A DNA stretch of 64,000 nt from an uncultured Christensenella sp. (GTDB taxonomy: Bacteria; Bacillota; Clostridia; Christensenellales; UBA1242), in contig CASFBJ010000009.1 of the NCBI GenBank assembly GCA_949292875.1, forward strand, positions 64,271-128,270. Direction: 5' to 3'. The notes beneath the pieces were generated by a model. The model did no database searches, was not told where the DNA came from, and saw only the letters and a program-made list of their open reading frames with translations. Each line of letters starts with the position of its first letter. The first letter of the stretch is position 1. Shown here piece by piece: positions 51,753 through 61,260 of the stretch. Position numbers and translations under genes: made by a program.

Positions 51753-52418
51753 ATGGAAGAAAAAGATAAAATAAATGAAGAATTACAAAAGGAAGATAGT
51801 TTAGACGAATATAATGAAAGTAGTAATAACAGCGGTAATGCGAAAGAAATAGTTGCTGGTATAGGCATTGCTTTCGGCGCATTACTAGGTATAGTACTTG
51901 TAACACTCATAATTTTACTTATTTGTGGCTATCAGTTCTATTATGTACTTACAGGCTCTATGTCGCCAACTATATACAAAGGAGAAATGGTGCTTGTTAG
52001 TACAAATTTTGATAAGTATAATCTAAAAGTTGGAGATATAATAACTTTTTCATCTAATCCACAGGCTACTCCTGTAACGCATAGGATAATAGAAGTTGTT
52101 TATAATGAAGATGGTAGTGTGCATCATTATATGCAAGGAGAAGATTATAAATATCGTATTGAGATTTTAGGCGAAAAGTATGAAGGAATAGATGCGGATA
52201 GTTTGAAAACTACAGTAGTTACACCTGAACAAATAAGAGGAGTAGTGGTACAGATAAATGATAGTCCTATTAAGCTTGTGATAATAGGTGCTGTGGTAAA
52301 TATGTTTCAAGTATCTGGAATGTTAGATGTTGTAAAGATAGCTTTAGTTATAGCTATAATAGGGTTAATTATTTGGAGCATAATATCTTATGTGAAAAAT
52401 AAGAAACAATCAAGTTAG
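51753..52418 (+). CDS. sipW: ER/archaeal-type (SipW-like) signal peptidase I
   Basis: I prefer ATG 51753 over the track start at 51675. It has an N-terminal TM segment, the catalytic Ser box LTGSMSPTIYKGEMVLV (51954-51970 region), the His box PVTHRIIEV typical of SipW/Sec11 rather than Lys-type SPases, and a C-terminal TM segment. Confidence 0.75.
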   Translation: MEEKDKINEELQKEDSLDEYNESSNNSGNAKEIVAGIGIAFGALLGIVLVTLIILLICGYQFYYVLTGSMSPTIYKGEMVLVSTNFDKYNLKVGDIITFSSNPQATPVTHRIIEVVYNEDGSVHHYMQGEDYKYRIEILGEKYEGIDADSLKTTVVTPEQIRGVVVQINDSPIKLVIIGAVVNMFQVSGMLDVVKIALVIAIIGLIIWSIISYVKNKKQSS

Positions 52419-52558
52419 AATTGGAGCTATCGCTTCAATTTTTTCTTTAGATATAAAACGCTAAAATAGTATCAATCAATGAAAATATTACTATTTTAAG
52501 TTTTAATATTATATCTAATTTTAAAAAACATTATAAAATTAAAATAAAAGGAACATGA

Positions 52559-54511
52559 TTGCAAATGGATTTTGTTATAAAATCAGATAAGGTTTTAAGT
52601 GGAGACCAACCTGAAGCGGTGAAAAAAATAACTGAAAATTTTTTAAATGGAATAAAAGCCCAAGTTCTTTTAGGTGTTACTGGTAGTGGTAAAACTTTTA
52701 CTATGGCAAATGTTATAAAAAATCTCAATAGACCAACACTTGTTATCGCTCATAATAAAACGCTTGCTAGTCAATTATGTAATGAACTAAGAGAGTTGTT
52801 TCCTAATAATAGAGTTGAATATTTTGTTTCATACTATGACTATTATCAACCTGAAGCATATATAGCAAGTACAGATACTTACATAGAAAAGGATATGAGT
52901 TTGAATGAAGAAATAGATAGGTTAAGACATAGTGCGACTAGTTCACTTTTAGAAAGAAGAGATGTGATTGTAGTTGCTTCTGTAAGTTGCATATATGGTT
53001 TAGGTGCACCAGAAGATTATTATAATATGCACATATCTATAAGGCAGGGTGATAAAAAAGATATATCTCAAATAATTAAAAAGTTAGTAAGTATACAATA
53101 TCACAGGAATGATATAGACTTAAATCGTGGTGAATTTCGTGTTAGAGGAGATGTTTTAGAGATTTTTCCAAGTGGAAGTAGTAGTGTTTTTAGAATAGAA
53201 TTTTTTGGTGATGAAGTGGAAGAAATATGTGAACTTGAAGGCGTAACAAATAAAGTAAAAAATAGACTATCTCACCTTGCGGTTTTTCCTGCAACACATT
53301 ATGCAGTTAGCGAAGAAAATGTAAAAAATGCAATTAAGCATATTTTACAAGATGCTGAGTTGCAAGAAAAAAAATTTTTAGCAGAAAACAAATATATAGA
53401 GGCTCAAAGGATAAAAGAGAGAGTTAACTATGATATGGAATTAATGCAGGAAGTAGGATATTGTAGTGGAATAGAAAATTATAGTAGATATTTTGATGGT
53501 AGAAAGCCTGGAGAACCACCGTATACGCTTTTAGACTATTTTCCAAAAGATGCACTTATATTTATAGACGAAAGTCATATGACCTTACCACAAATAAGGG
53601 CAATGTATGCTGGAGATAGAGCAAGAAAGCAATCTTTAGTAGATTATGGATTTCGTTTGCCATCTGCTTTTGATAATAGACCGCTTAATTTTGAAGAGTT
53701 TTTGCAAAGAATAGGACAAGTATTATTTGTGTCTGCAACTCCGCAAAATTTTGAAATAGAATATGCAAATAATGAAGTAGTAGAACAAATAATACGACCT
53801 ACAGGATTACTTGACCCTGTTATTCAAATTAAGCCAATTAAGAATCAAATAGATGATTTGATGAGTGAAATTAAAAGTGTTATTTCTAGAGGGGAAAGGG
53901 TACTAATTACGACACTTACTAAAAAGATGGCAGAAGAATTAAATGATTATTTAACAGATTTTGGAATAAAATCTTGTTATATGCACAGTGACATTAAGAC
54001 ATTAGAAAGAGTGGAAATTATAGATAAGCTAAGAAGCGGTGAATATGAAGTAATAGTGGGGATAAATCTTTTAAGGGAAGGACTAGATTTGCCGGAAGTT
54101 AGTCTTGTTGCTATTTTAGATGCAGATAAAGAAGGCTTTTTGAGAAGTTATGGAGCACTCATTCAAACTATAGGTAGGGCTGCAAGAAATGTAAATGGTA
54201 GAGTGCTAATGTATGCCGATACAGTTACAGATAGTATGAAAAATGCAATAGAAGAAACTAATAGAAGAAGAATATTGCAAATGAATTTTAACAAAGAGCA
54301 TGGAATAGAACCTAAAACTGTGTATAGAAAAATATCTAATACATTGCATATAACTCAAAAAGTTTCAAAAAATAAAAAAATAAAGATGCAGGATAAGGTA
54401 AAGATTTTAGATGATTTGCAACAATTATTAGATATTGCTATTAAAAATCTAGATTTTGAAAAAGCAATGGAAATTAGAGATGAAATGAACGAACTTAAGA
54501 AAAAGAAATAA
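52559..54511 (+). CDS. uvrB: excinuclease ABC subunit B
   Basis: [27 protein letters not shown], the helicase motifs and the C-terminal UVR domain ([11 protein letters not shown]). The start is TTG 52559 (AGGA 6 nt upstream) or ATG 52565. Confidence 0.93.
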   Translation: MQMDFVIKSDKVLSGDQPEAVKKITENFLNGIKAQVLLGVTGSGKTFTMANVIKNLNRPTLVIAHNKTLASQLCNELRELFPNNRVEYFVSYYDYYQPEAYIASTDTYIEKDMSLNEEIDRLRHSATSSLLERRDVIVVASVSCIYGLGAPEDYYNMHISIRQGDKKDISQIIKKLVSIQYHRNDIDLNRGEFRVRGDVLEIFPSGSSSVFRIEFFGDEVEEICELEGVTNKVKNRLSHLAVFPATHYAVSEENVKNAIKHILQDAELQEKKFLAENKYIEAQRIKERVNYDMELMQEVGYCSGIENYSRYFDGRKPGEPPYTLLDYFPKDALIFIDESHMTLPQIRAMYAGDRARKQSLVDYGFRLPSAFDNRPLNFEEFLQRIGQVLFVSATPQNFEIEYANNEVVEQIIRPTGLLDPVIQIKPIKNQIDDLMSEIKSVISRGERVLITTLTKKMAEELNDYLTDFGIKSCYMHSDIKTLERVEIIDKLRSGEYEVIVGINLLREGLDLPEVSLVAILDADKEGFLRSYGALIQTIGRAARNVNGRVLMYADTVTDSMKNAIEETNRRRILQMNFNKEHGIEPKTVYRKISNTLHITQKVSKNKKIKMQDKVKILDDLQQLLDIAIKNLDFEKAMEIRDEMNELKKKK

Positions 54512-54544
54512 AATTTTGAGTTTTTTCAAAACGCTAGTATCATA

Positions 54545-54573
54545 TTGACAAAATAGTATACTAATGTTACAAT
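54545..54573 (+). promoter_or_regulatory. promoter of 54668-57892
   Basis: TTGACA (54545-54550), a 17-nt spacer, then TGtTACAAT (54568-54573). Confidence 0.65.
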
Positions 54574-54667
54574 TTATATTATATAATTTATAAAAATACA
54601 ATTTACGCATAGTATAATTTTTTGGTAATTAATCTAAACGCTAAAATGTTAGATAATTGGAGTGGGT

Positions 54668-57600
54668 ATGGAAAATAATAACAAAAACAAGTATTCTATA
54701 CAAGATTTTGATAGTTCTTTAGATTTAGGTCCTTTAACTAGTGAACAAAAAAATCAAAATAGTTTTGAAGTTTTTAGTAAAAAAATTAAAAGAATACAAG
54801 ATTTAGATTTTGAAAGAAAGGGTATTCAATCAAGTATAGAATCAAAATTTTTAGATGCTCATTATTCAAGCGAAGTAGTTGATGAACAAACGCAAGAGAA
54901 TATAAACAATATATTGAATCTTGTTTTTTTGCAAGGAAATAATGAAGATTTAATTACAATTTTCAATCCAGATAGATTAAATAAACTTGGTTTAGACAAA
55001 AATGGTTTTGAATATAAATTAAAATATGCAATGTATCTTAGAGCTCAATTATCTAGTAACATTATCAATAACGATAACTTAAGTAACGATAATTTTGCTA
55101 ATTTGGTAAAAGAGTTTGATTCAAGAATAAGCGAAATAACTTATGATTTGCTAGAAGTGGCAAAAGAAGAAAATTTTGAAAATGAGTATTTTTTAAATCT
55201 AAAAAATCAAACTTTAAAGTTTGATGAGTCTTTTAAAGCTAAGTTAGATATAGCTAGTAAAATTATGACAGATAGGATTGCAAAATATGAATTGAATGAA
55301 AAAAATGGTGTTGGATTTGAAAAAAATATTTTGCAAAAAACTTTAGATTTTTGTTCACAAAAAATATATAGTCAAGCAGATTTTGAGTATTATGTAGAGC
55401 AAACCAAAAACAAAAGTGTAGGCGAAAATACAAAATTTGACACAAATTCATTTGTTGTTGCTGGTACACTTTTTAAAAATGATATAATTAAAACAATAGT
55501 TGAAGGCGATAAATCTAGCGAAGATTTTGAAATGCTTGTATTAGATGCAATAAATGAAATGCTTGAAAATTTGCAAGAAACTGAAAATTTTATAAATATT
55601 AATGTCGCTCCTTATATAGTGATAAAGGATAGACAAGAAAAAATAGGTGAGTATCTTAAATACAAAAAAGAACAAGAAGGTATACAGGTTTTATGGAATG
55701 AAAAATCTGGACAAGTACCTACTGAAGAACAATTTGTATATTATGCGCTTGATAGATTTACAAAATTAGACAATCATGAGAGTGAATGGAATGAAATGTC
55801 TAAAAGTCTTATACATAAAGTTAGTAGTGACGAGTTTGAGAGTAATGCGTTACAGAGTGTAAAAGAATACACAAGTTTTATTGCCGAATTAGAAAATTTG
55901 GCTAGTAAATATGGAATGTCTGATTATGCTATAAAGACAGTAGAAGATGCTGTTTACAATAGAAACAAGGAAAATATAGATAAGTGGTTATACGATGTGG
56001 CTAGTAATAATCAAAATTCTATGTATGAAAAAAATCCTTTCTTAAGTTTTTCAGAAGTAGATAGGGAAGAAATTACGAGTTTAAAAAGGTCATTAAATTC
56101 TAGAATTGCTTATGCAAGAAAAATAGATATAGACAAATTTGATAATTTAGACATTGAAGATTATGTTAATAAGGCAATAGAAAAAGTTAAAAAGTTTTTT
56201 GAAGATAACGAATTAGATATAGCGTTAGTTCAGACACAAATAGATGAAGTAGAACAATCTTTACAAGACTGTATTGAACATGGTAATCAATCAAATGATA
56301 AGCAAAATGTTTTAATTAAAGTTAAAGAATTAGAAAATGTCGCAAATGATATACTAGAAAAAACTTTGAAAGATAAAAACTTTAACGATATCTACAACTT
56401 GAATGAGTATGTCCTAAATACAATTAGGGAAATGGAAGAAGGTCTAAAAGAATATAATGTTCCTGCAGAAAACTTTGAAGTTTTGAAAGAAGAAATTTTA
56501 GAGACTTTAGAAGATTTGCTAAAAGAACCTGAAAGTGAAAAGTTAAGACAAAAGTTAAATTTTGACATTAATAAGTATAAAAATAGATGTCAATATGCAA
56601 TTGATAAAGCTAAAGAAAGTAGAAATCTTGAGGAAAATATTGACATAAATCAAGTTATTGATAATTCTTATAAAATTATTGATGATTTTGTAAATACATA
56701 TCATGTTGATATTGAAAATTTTAATAATGAAGTAGAAAAAATAAATGATTTAAAAGCTAAGTACGAGAATGCTAGCGAAGAAGACAAAGCACTTGTACAA
56801 GAGGAAATGTTGGAGAATTTGGTGCACTTAAATAACTTTATAAGTGAGCAAGAACAACTAGAAAAAGAAAAAACACCAGTAGATATAGATACAGCATATA
56901 AAGATATTTTAGAAGATTTTATTGTGCTAACTGCAAAGGGTATAGATCCAGCAAGATTTAGTGAAAATAGAGATGAAATCCAAAAATTTTATCAATTGTA
57001 CAAAAGAGAAGATTTAAAACAAGATGACTATGTTTATGTAGAAAGAATTTTTAACAGGGCAATAAAAGATGCTACTGTAGTTATAACACAGTGTAGAGAT
57101 GAAATAAATGCTAGAATTAATAATGAAAAAGAAGAAGAAAATGAGATAGTAGAGCCTACTCCTAAAGTTGTTGATGTTAAGCATAAAAAGAAAAAAGGTC
57201 AAAAAGATGAATTAGATAGTAGTTTTAAATCAATAAGCAAAAATAATACGAAAAAGATAATTACTGCAGGAAGAATTTTAGGCGGAGCATTTTCTCTTTT
57301 AACATTGTTATTTTTAATATCTGGTGCATGGATTGCAGCGGTGGTATGTACTTCTGCTTTAACAAGTTATGCTATTGCAGATGTAAGTGTAACTAGAAGA
57401 ATGAAAAAAGAACAAGCTCAAAAAGCAACAAGTTCTTACGATTATGAATATGAGCAAAGTAATGAATCTAGTATGACAAATAATAAAACACAAACAAAAA
57501 CTAGCGAAGAACAAAAAGAACAAACTAATGAAAATGTTTTACCAGAAAATGTTCAAGTAAGCGAAAATATTGTAAGGGAAGAAACTCAAAATAATGGAGA

Positions 57601-57892
57601 AGTTTTGCCTGAAGAGGTAACCCCTGATGGTGAACAATTGCCAGAAACTAAATTAGAAGACGAAAAAGCACAAGAAGAATATATATCACAAGAAGAAAAT
57701 AAAAACATAGAAGAAGAGTTACCAGAACAAGTTGATAAACCTAAAAAAGAAAATGTTGATGAAAAAGGCCTTGAAATTCCTGCTCAAGCAGAAAATAATT
57801 TACAAAATACAGAGCAGGAGATGCCTGAAGAAGTTAAAGATGAAATTACTCATACACATTATAAAGAAAGTGAAACTGGTCGTGCTATGTAG
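54668..57892 (+). CDS. hypothetical giant helical/coiled-coil protein with a C-proximal TM hairpin and acidic tail
   Basis: ATG 54668 (TTGGAG upstream). About 870 aa of E/K/N-rich helical sequence, then the TM pair ILGGAFSLLTLLFLISGAWIAAVVCTSALTSYAI, then an E/Q-rich tail. Confidence 0.7.
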   Translation: MENNNKNKYSIQDFDSSLDLGPLTSEQKNQNSFEVFSKKIKRIQDLDFERKGIQSSIESKFLDAHYSSEVVDEQTQENINNILNLVFLQGNNEDLITIFNPDRLNKLGLDKNGFEYKLKYAMYLRAQLSSNIINNDNLSNDNFANLVKEFDSRISEITYDLLEVAKEENFENEYFLNLKNQTLKFDESFKAKLDIASKIMTDRIAKYELNEKNGVGFEKNILQKTLDFCSQKIYSQADFEYYVEQTKNKSVGENTKFDTNSFVVAGTLFKNDIIKTIVEGDKSSEDFEMLVLDAINEMLENLQETENFININVAPYIVIKDRQEKIGEYLKYKKEQEGIQVLWNEKSGQVPTEEQFVYYALDRFTKLDNHESEWNEMSKSLIHKVSSDEFESNALQSVKEYTSFIAELENLASKYGMSDYAIKTVEDAVYNRNKENIDKWLYDVASNNQNSMYEKNPFLSFSEVDREEITSLKRSLNSRIAYARKIDIDKFDNLDIEDYVNKAIEKVKKFFEDNELDIALVQTQIDEVEQSLQDCIEHGNQSNDKQNVLIKVKELENVANDILEKTLKDKNFNDIYNLNEYVLNTIREMEEGLKEYNVPAENFEVLKEEILETLEDLLKEPESEKLRQKLNFDINKYKNRCQYAIDKAKESRNLEENIDINQVIDNSYKIIDDFVNTYHVDIENFNNEVEKINDLKAKYENASEEDKALVQEEMLENLVHLNNFISEQEQLEKEKTPVDIDTAYKDILEDFIVLTAKGIDPARFSENRDEIQKFYQLYKREDLKQDDYVYVERIFNRAIKDATVVITQCRDEINARINNEKEEENEIVEPTPKVVDVKHKKKKGQKDELDSSFKSISKNNTKKIITAGRILGGAFSLLTLLFLISGAWIAAVVCTSALTSYAIADVSVTRRMKKEQAQKATSSYDYEYEQSNESSMTNNKTQTKTSEEQKEQTNENVLPENVQVSENIVREETQNNGEVLPEEVTPDGEQLPETKLEDEKAQEEYISQEENKNIEEELPEQVDKPKKENVDEKGLEIPAQAENNLQNTEQEMPEEVKDEITHTHYKESETGRAM

Positions 57893-57913
57893 TTAAATAT
57901 ATTTGTCTAAATA

Positions 57914-57960
57914 AAAAAAGGGAAATTTTTGCGATTATGCAAATAAAGTTTCCTTTTTTT
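57914..57960. terminator. candidate bidirectional terminator
   Basis: ggaaa...tttcc outer stem and tttgc/gcaaa inner stem, with flanking A- and T-runs. The stem is imperfect. Confidence 0.45.
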
Positions 57961-57971
57961 TGTAAATTTTA

Positions 57972-58451
57972 TTAATCATTGTTCATTAAATCTTTAATAT
58001 TTTTTAATTTTTCGCTAGTTATTTTTACTAGTTTGTGATTTTCATAATTTAACTCAAGACTAAGTTTTGCCAAATTATCAGCTTTATCTTTTTGCCCTTT
58101 TAAAGCAGATTGATTTTGTGCTAATATAATAACATTTTGTACAGATTTTAAACTAGAGATCATTTTTGCAATAGGTGTCATAACGCTTAAAATATCTAGT
58201 GTAAGATTTTTGTTTTTTATGTCTAAAGATTGTAAATTAGAATAATAATTATTTAGTACCATTTCCGTATTTGATAAAGACTTTAATATCGTTTTAAAAG
58301 CACTTTCATATGTTATTTTGTCTTCAAGCAAATTATTTGAAAGTACATTTTTACTTAGTTCTTTTAATTTGTCTATATTCATCTGTACAGATTGTTCATT
58401 ATCTATTAAGTTTAATTTTGTATTTTTTATTAATTGTTGTAAATTTTGCAT
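57972..58451 (-). CDS. hypothetical small coiled-coil protein
   Basis: I prefer ATG 58451 (GGAGA 6 nt upstream; MQNLQQLIKN..) over the TTG at 58505. Confidence 0.6.
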   Translation of the reverse strand: MQNLQQLIKNTKLNLIDNEQSVQMNIDKLKELSKNVLSNNLLEDKITYESAFKTILKSLSNTEMVLNNYYSNLQSLDIKNKNLTLDILSVMTPIAKMISSLKSVQNVIILAQNQSALKGQKDKADNLAKLSLELNYENHKLVKITSEKLKNIKDLMNND

Positions 58452-58586
58452 ATTATTCTCCATATTTGAATAAAGCAGTCTATCAAAAATTTTGCGAAAT
58501 GTCAATACCTAAAAAAATGTCACTATATTTATTATATCTAATCATTGTTTGTTATAATAAGTTGTGTCATATGTAAAAGGGAAGAA

Positions 58587-60608
58587 ATGGATAATTTTTA
58601 TTCAATAGAAAAAGAAATTAAAAGTTTTTTATTAAAGTTTGATGAACTAAAAGAGTTTATCTTTATTGTACTAGATAAGATATCTAAGTTATCTAGTGAT
58701 TCTACAGGTAATGAGGAAATGATAAATTCTATAGAAAATATCATAAATCAAGCTTGTGGAGAGATAGAAATAAATATACAAGCTATTATTACATCTCAAG
58801 ATTCTCAAACAGAAGCGATAAGCGAAAATTCTATAGTGTTAAATACTATTAAGGAAGATGCGGTTAAAATTTTAGAAAAAATTCCTGAAAATTTGTCTAC
58901 AAGTATAACACAAGTGTACGACTCTTTAGTTTCTTTAGAGACAAAACTTGTTAATATAGAAGCTCAAGGGACGCTAGAAGATAGATTACAAAGTAAATTG
59001 GATAGTATATTACAAGATGTGCAAACCAAATTACAAGAGAATCTAGCTAAAATTGTTTCTAAAGAATTAAGTCCTGAAGAAACTACTTCTTTAGAAGATA
59101 GAATAACTCAACTAATTAATGCTGTACTTTCTTATTGCTTGGAGTTAGAGCAAAAATTAGGTTCTATTGATACTGTAATCACAGAAATAAATAATGTAAA
59201 GACATTAATAGGTGAACTACAAACAAAAATGTCTGAATTTGAATCTAATCTAGATACAGCATTACAATACATTATAGATAATGGCGATTATATGGAAGAA
59301 GAACCTCCTTTTAATCCTAAGCCAGATAAAGTGTATGTAACTCAAGCAAAATTAAAATCTTATAGAGGTTTTATAGACAAAGGTAATGAACTAAATTTTT
59401 TTAAAGAGTATTTTATTATAAATAACAATGCTCCTGCCATGTTAAAGGTTAATTATGATATAGAAATTAAAGAAGATATACCAGATTTGATAGTTGAAGT
59501 GTATATAAATGATGAAAATAAGTTTCAAAAAACATTGTCGTTAACTGCTGGCATACATTCATTAGAACATATACTTTTATTTCAATTACAGCGAACAAAT
59601 GGAAATGTGTACTTAAGGTTTTATTCTAATCAAAATCATTATAAAAAAGTTTACAATATAACATATGATATAGTAGGGGATAATATTGTTTTCCTTAGAG
59701 ATGAAGCAGATATATATTATCAAGTATTTTCATGTAATAGAGAGTATTATATATCTAGGAAACTAAACAACACTATATATTACAAACACATGACAGTGGA
59801 TAATATGGATTTTAGTCAAAATTTTGTACAGTTAACTCCTGTAACAAATGAATATACTTTTTGGCCTATATTTTTGTCTACAGAAAAAAGTAAAGGAGAA
59901 AATTCTATTTTTGGAGGAATAACGTATGCGCAACTAAACTATGCAACAAACAAATTAGAGATAATGGATAAAGAAACTTATACAGTGAAGCATACTTTAG
60001 ATAATATGATAGATTCTCAGCCAGCGCAATTTCAAAAGGGAGGCTATTTTTGTTATGGTAGAAACGCTGCAAGTGTATATCAAATAAATATAGATAATTC
60101 TAAAGGTAGGTCAAGCGAATTGTATGCAAATCTAAATAATGTGTCATATAGTTCAATAGTAAATTATAGAAAAAGATATGTAAATGTTTCTTATGTGAAT
60201 AACACAAAAACTTTAAATAGTGACATAGATAAAAATCTGAGTATGTTATTTCAAGATGAATGGGGAGAATGGTATTTTAGTTCAAAAAATACTATAGCAT
60301 CAAAAGAACCTTATTGTATAGGGTTTGGGACTAGAGTAAATCTTTCTCATATCTCGCCTTTACATGGCTATCCTATTTTGAATGCTACATACTATAGAAT
60401 ATTTATGTATGTATATGACCATTGGGTTGTAAAATATTTGCAAACTACACCATCTGGTAAGTATACTATGCTTAAAGCAAAAGTTATAGAAGGAGATTAT
60501 GACCAAATAGTGGCGGGTACTTCTAATGAATATTTTACTATAAAAGATGGACTTTTTACAAAGAATATAGATAATGAATTTCAACCGATAGAATATTATT
60601 TAAAATAA
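58587..60608 (+). CDS. hypothetical protein: N-terminal coiled coil plus C-terminal Y/N-rich beta domain
   Basis: I prefer ATG 58587 (AAGGGAAG upstream; MDNFYSIEKE..) over the TTG at 58545. No TM segment and no recognised motif. Confidence 0.65.
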   Translation: MDNFYSIEKEIKSFLLKFDELKEFIFIVLDKISKLSSDSTGNEEMINSIENIINQACGEIEINIQAIITSQDSQTEAISENSIVLNTIKEDAVKILEKIPENLSTSITQVYDSLVSLETKLVNIEAQGTLEDRLQSKLDSILQDVQTKLQENLAKIVSKELSPEETTSLEDRITQLINAVLSYCLELEQKLGSIDTVITEINNVKTLIGELQTKMSEFESNLDTALQYIIDNGDYMEEEPPFNPKPDKVYVTQAKLKSYRGFIDKGNELNFFKEYFIINNNAPAMLKVNYDIEIKEDIPDLIVEVYINDENKFQKTLSLTAGIHSLEHILLFQLQRTNGNVYLRFYSNQNHYKKVYNITYDIVGDNIVFLRDEADIYYQVFSCNREYYISRKLNNTIYYKHMTVDNMDFSQNFVQLTPVTNEYTFWPIFLSTEKSKGENSIFGGITYAQLNYATNKLEIMDKETYTVKHTLDNMIDSQPAQFQKGGYFCYGRNAASVYQINIDNSKGRSSELYANLNNVSYSSIVNYRKRYVNVSYVNNTKTLNSDIDKNLSMLFQDEWGEWYFSSKNTIASKEPYCIGFGTRVNLSHISPLHGYPILNATYYRIFMYVYDHWVVKYLQTTPSGKYTMLKAKVIEGDYDQIVAGTSNEYFTIKDGLFTKNIDNEFQPIEYYLK

Positions 60609-60684
60609 TTTATGTTTTTTCTTGATTGAAATAAAGTTTTATGGTAATATTTTACATGATTTTAGAACAATTAAAGGAGATTTT

Positions 60685-61095
60685 ATGAAAGAAAGAACAT
60701 ATATTATGCTTAAGCCAAATGCCATAAAAAGAAGGCTTGTTGGAGAAGTTATAAAAAGAATAGAACAAAAAGGCTTTGAAATAACAAATATGAAAATGTT
60801 TACTTTAACTGATGAACTAGTAAAAGAACATTATGCTCATATTGCAGATAAACCTTTTTTCCCTGAAGTAAAAGATTTCATGACAAGCGGACCTGTTGTT
60901 GGTATGATTGTTGAGGGTGATAATGTTGTAGAAGGTATGAGAATACTTATGGGCCCTACAAAATGGTTAGAAGCTCAACCTGGAACAATAAGAGGAGATT
61001 TTGCTATTTCTAATGGCGAAAATATCATTCATGGTTCAGATAGTGTAGAGAATGCAGAGATTGAAATAAAACGTTTTTTTGGAAAAGATGCATAA
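60685..61095 (+). CDS. ndk: nucleoside diphosphate kinase
   Basis: ATG 60685 with an AAAGGAG SD. ERTYIMLKPNAI.R.L.GE.I.R.E.KGF and NIIHGSDS (catalytic His). Confidence 0.92.
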   Translation: MKERTYIMLKPNAIKRRLVGEVIKRIEQKGFEITNMKMFTLTDELVKEHYAHIADKPFFPEVKDFMTSGPVVGMIVEGDNVVEGMRILMGPTKWLEAQPGTIRGDFAISNGENIIHGSDSVENAEIEIKRFFGKDA

Positions 61096-61108
61096 GTATA
61101 TTTGATTT

Positions 61109-61135
61109 AAGTCGCTTTTAGGGCGACTTTTTTTA
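61109..61135 (+). terminator. intrinsic terminator after ndk
   Basis: gtcgc / gcgac stem followed by TTTTTTT. Confidence 0.7.
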
Positions 61136-61260
61136 GTAAATTACAATAATAGGTAACAAAAATTTGCTTTTTTCTTTTTTTTAGTACATACTAAATATAG
61201 TTTATATTTTTAGCGTGCGTGTGCGCGAATTTTTCTATCATACACAAAAAGGAGATAAAA

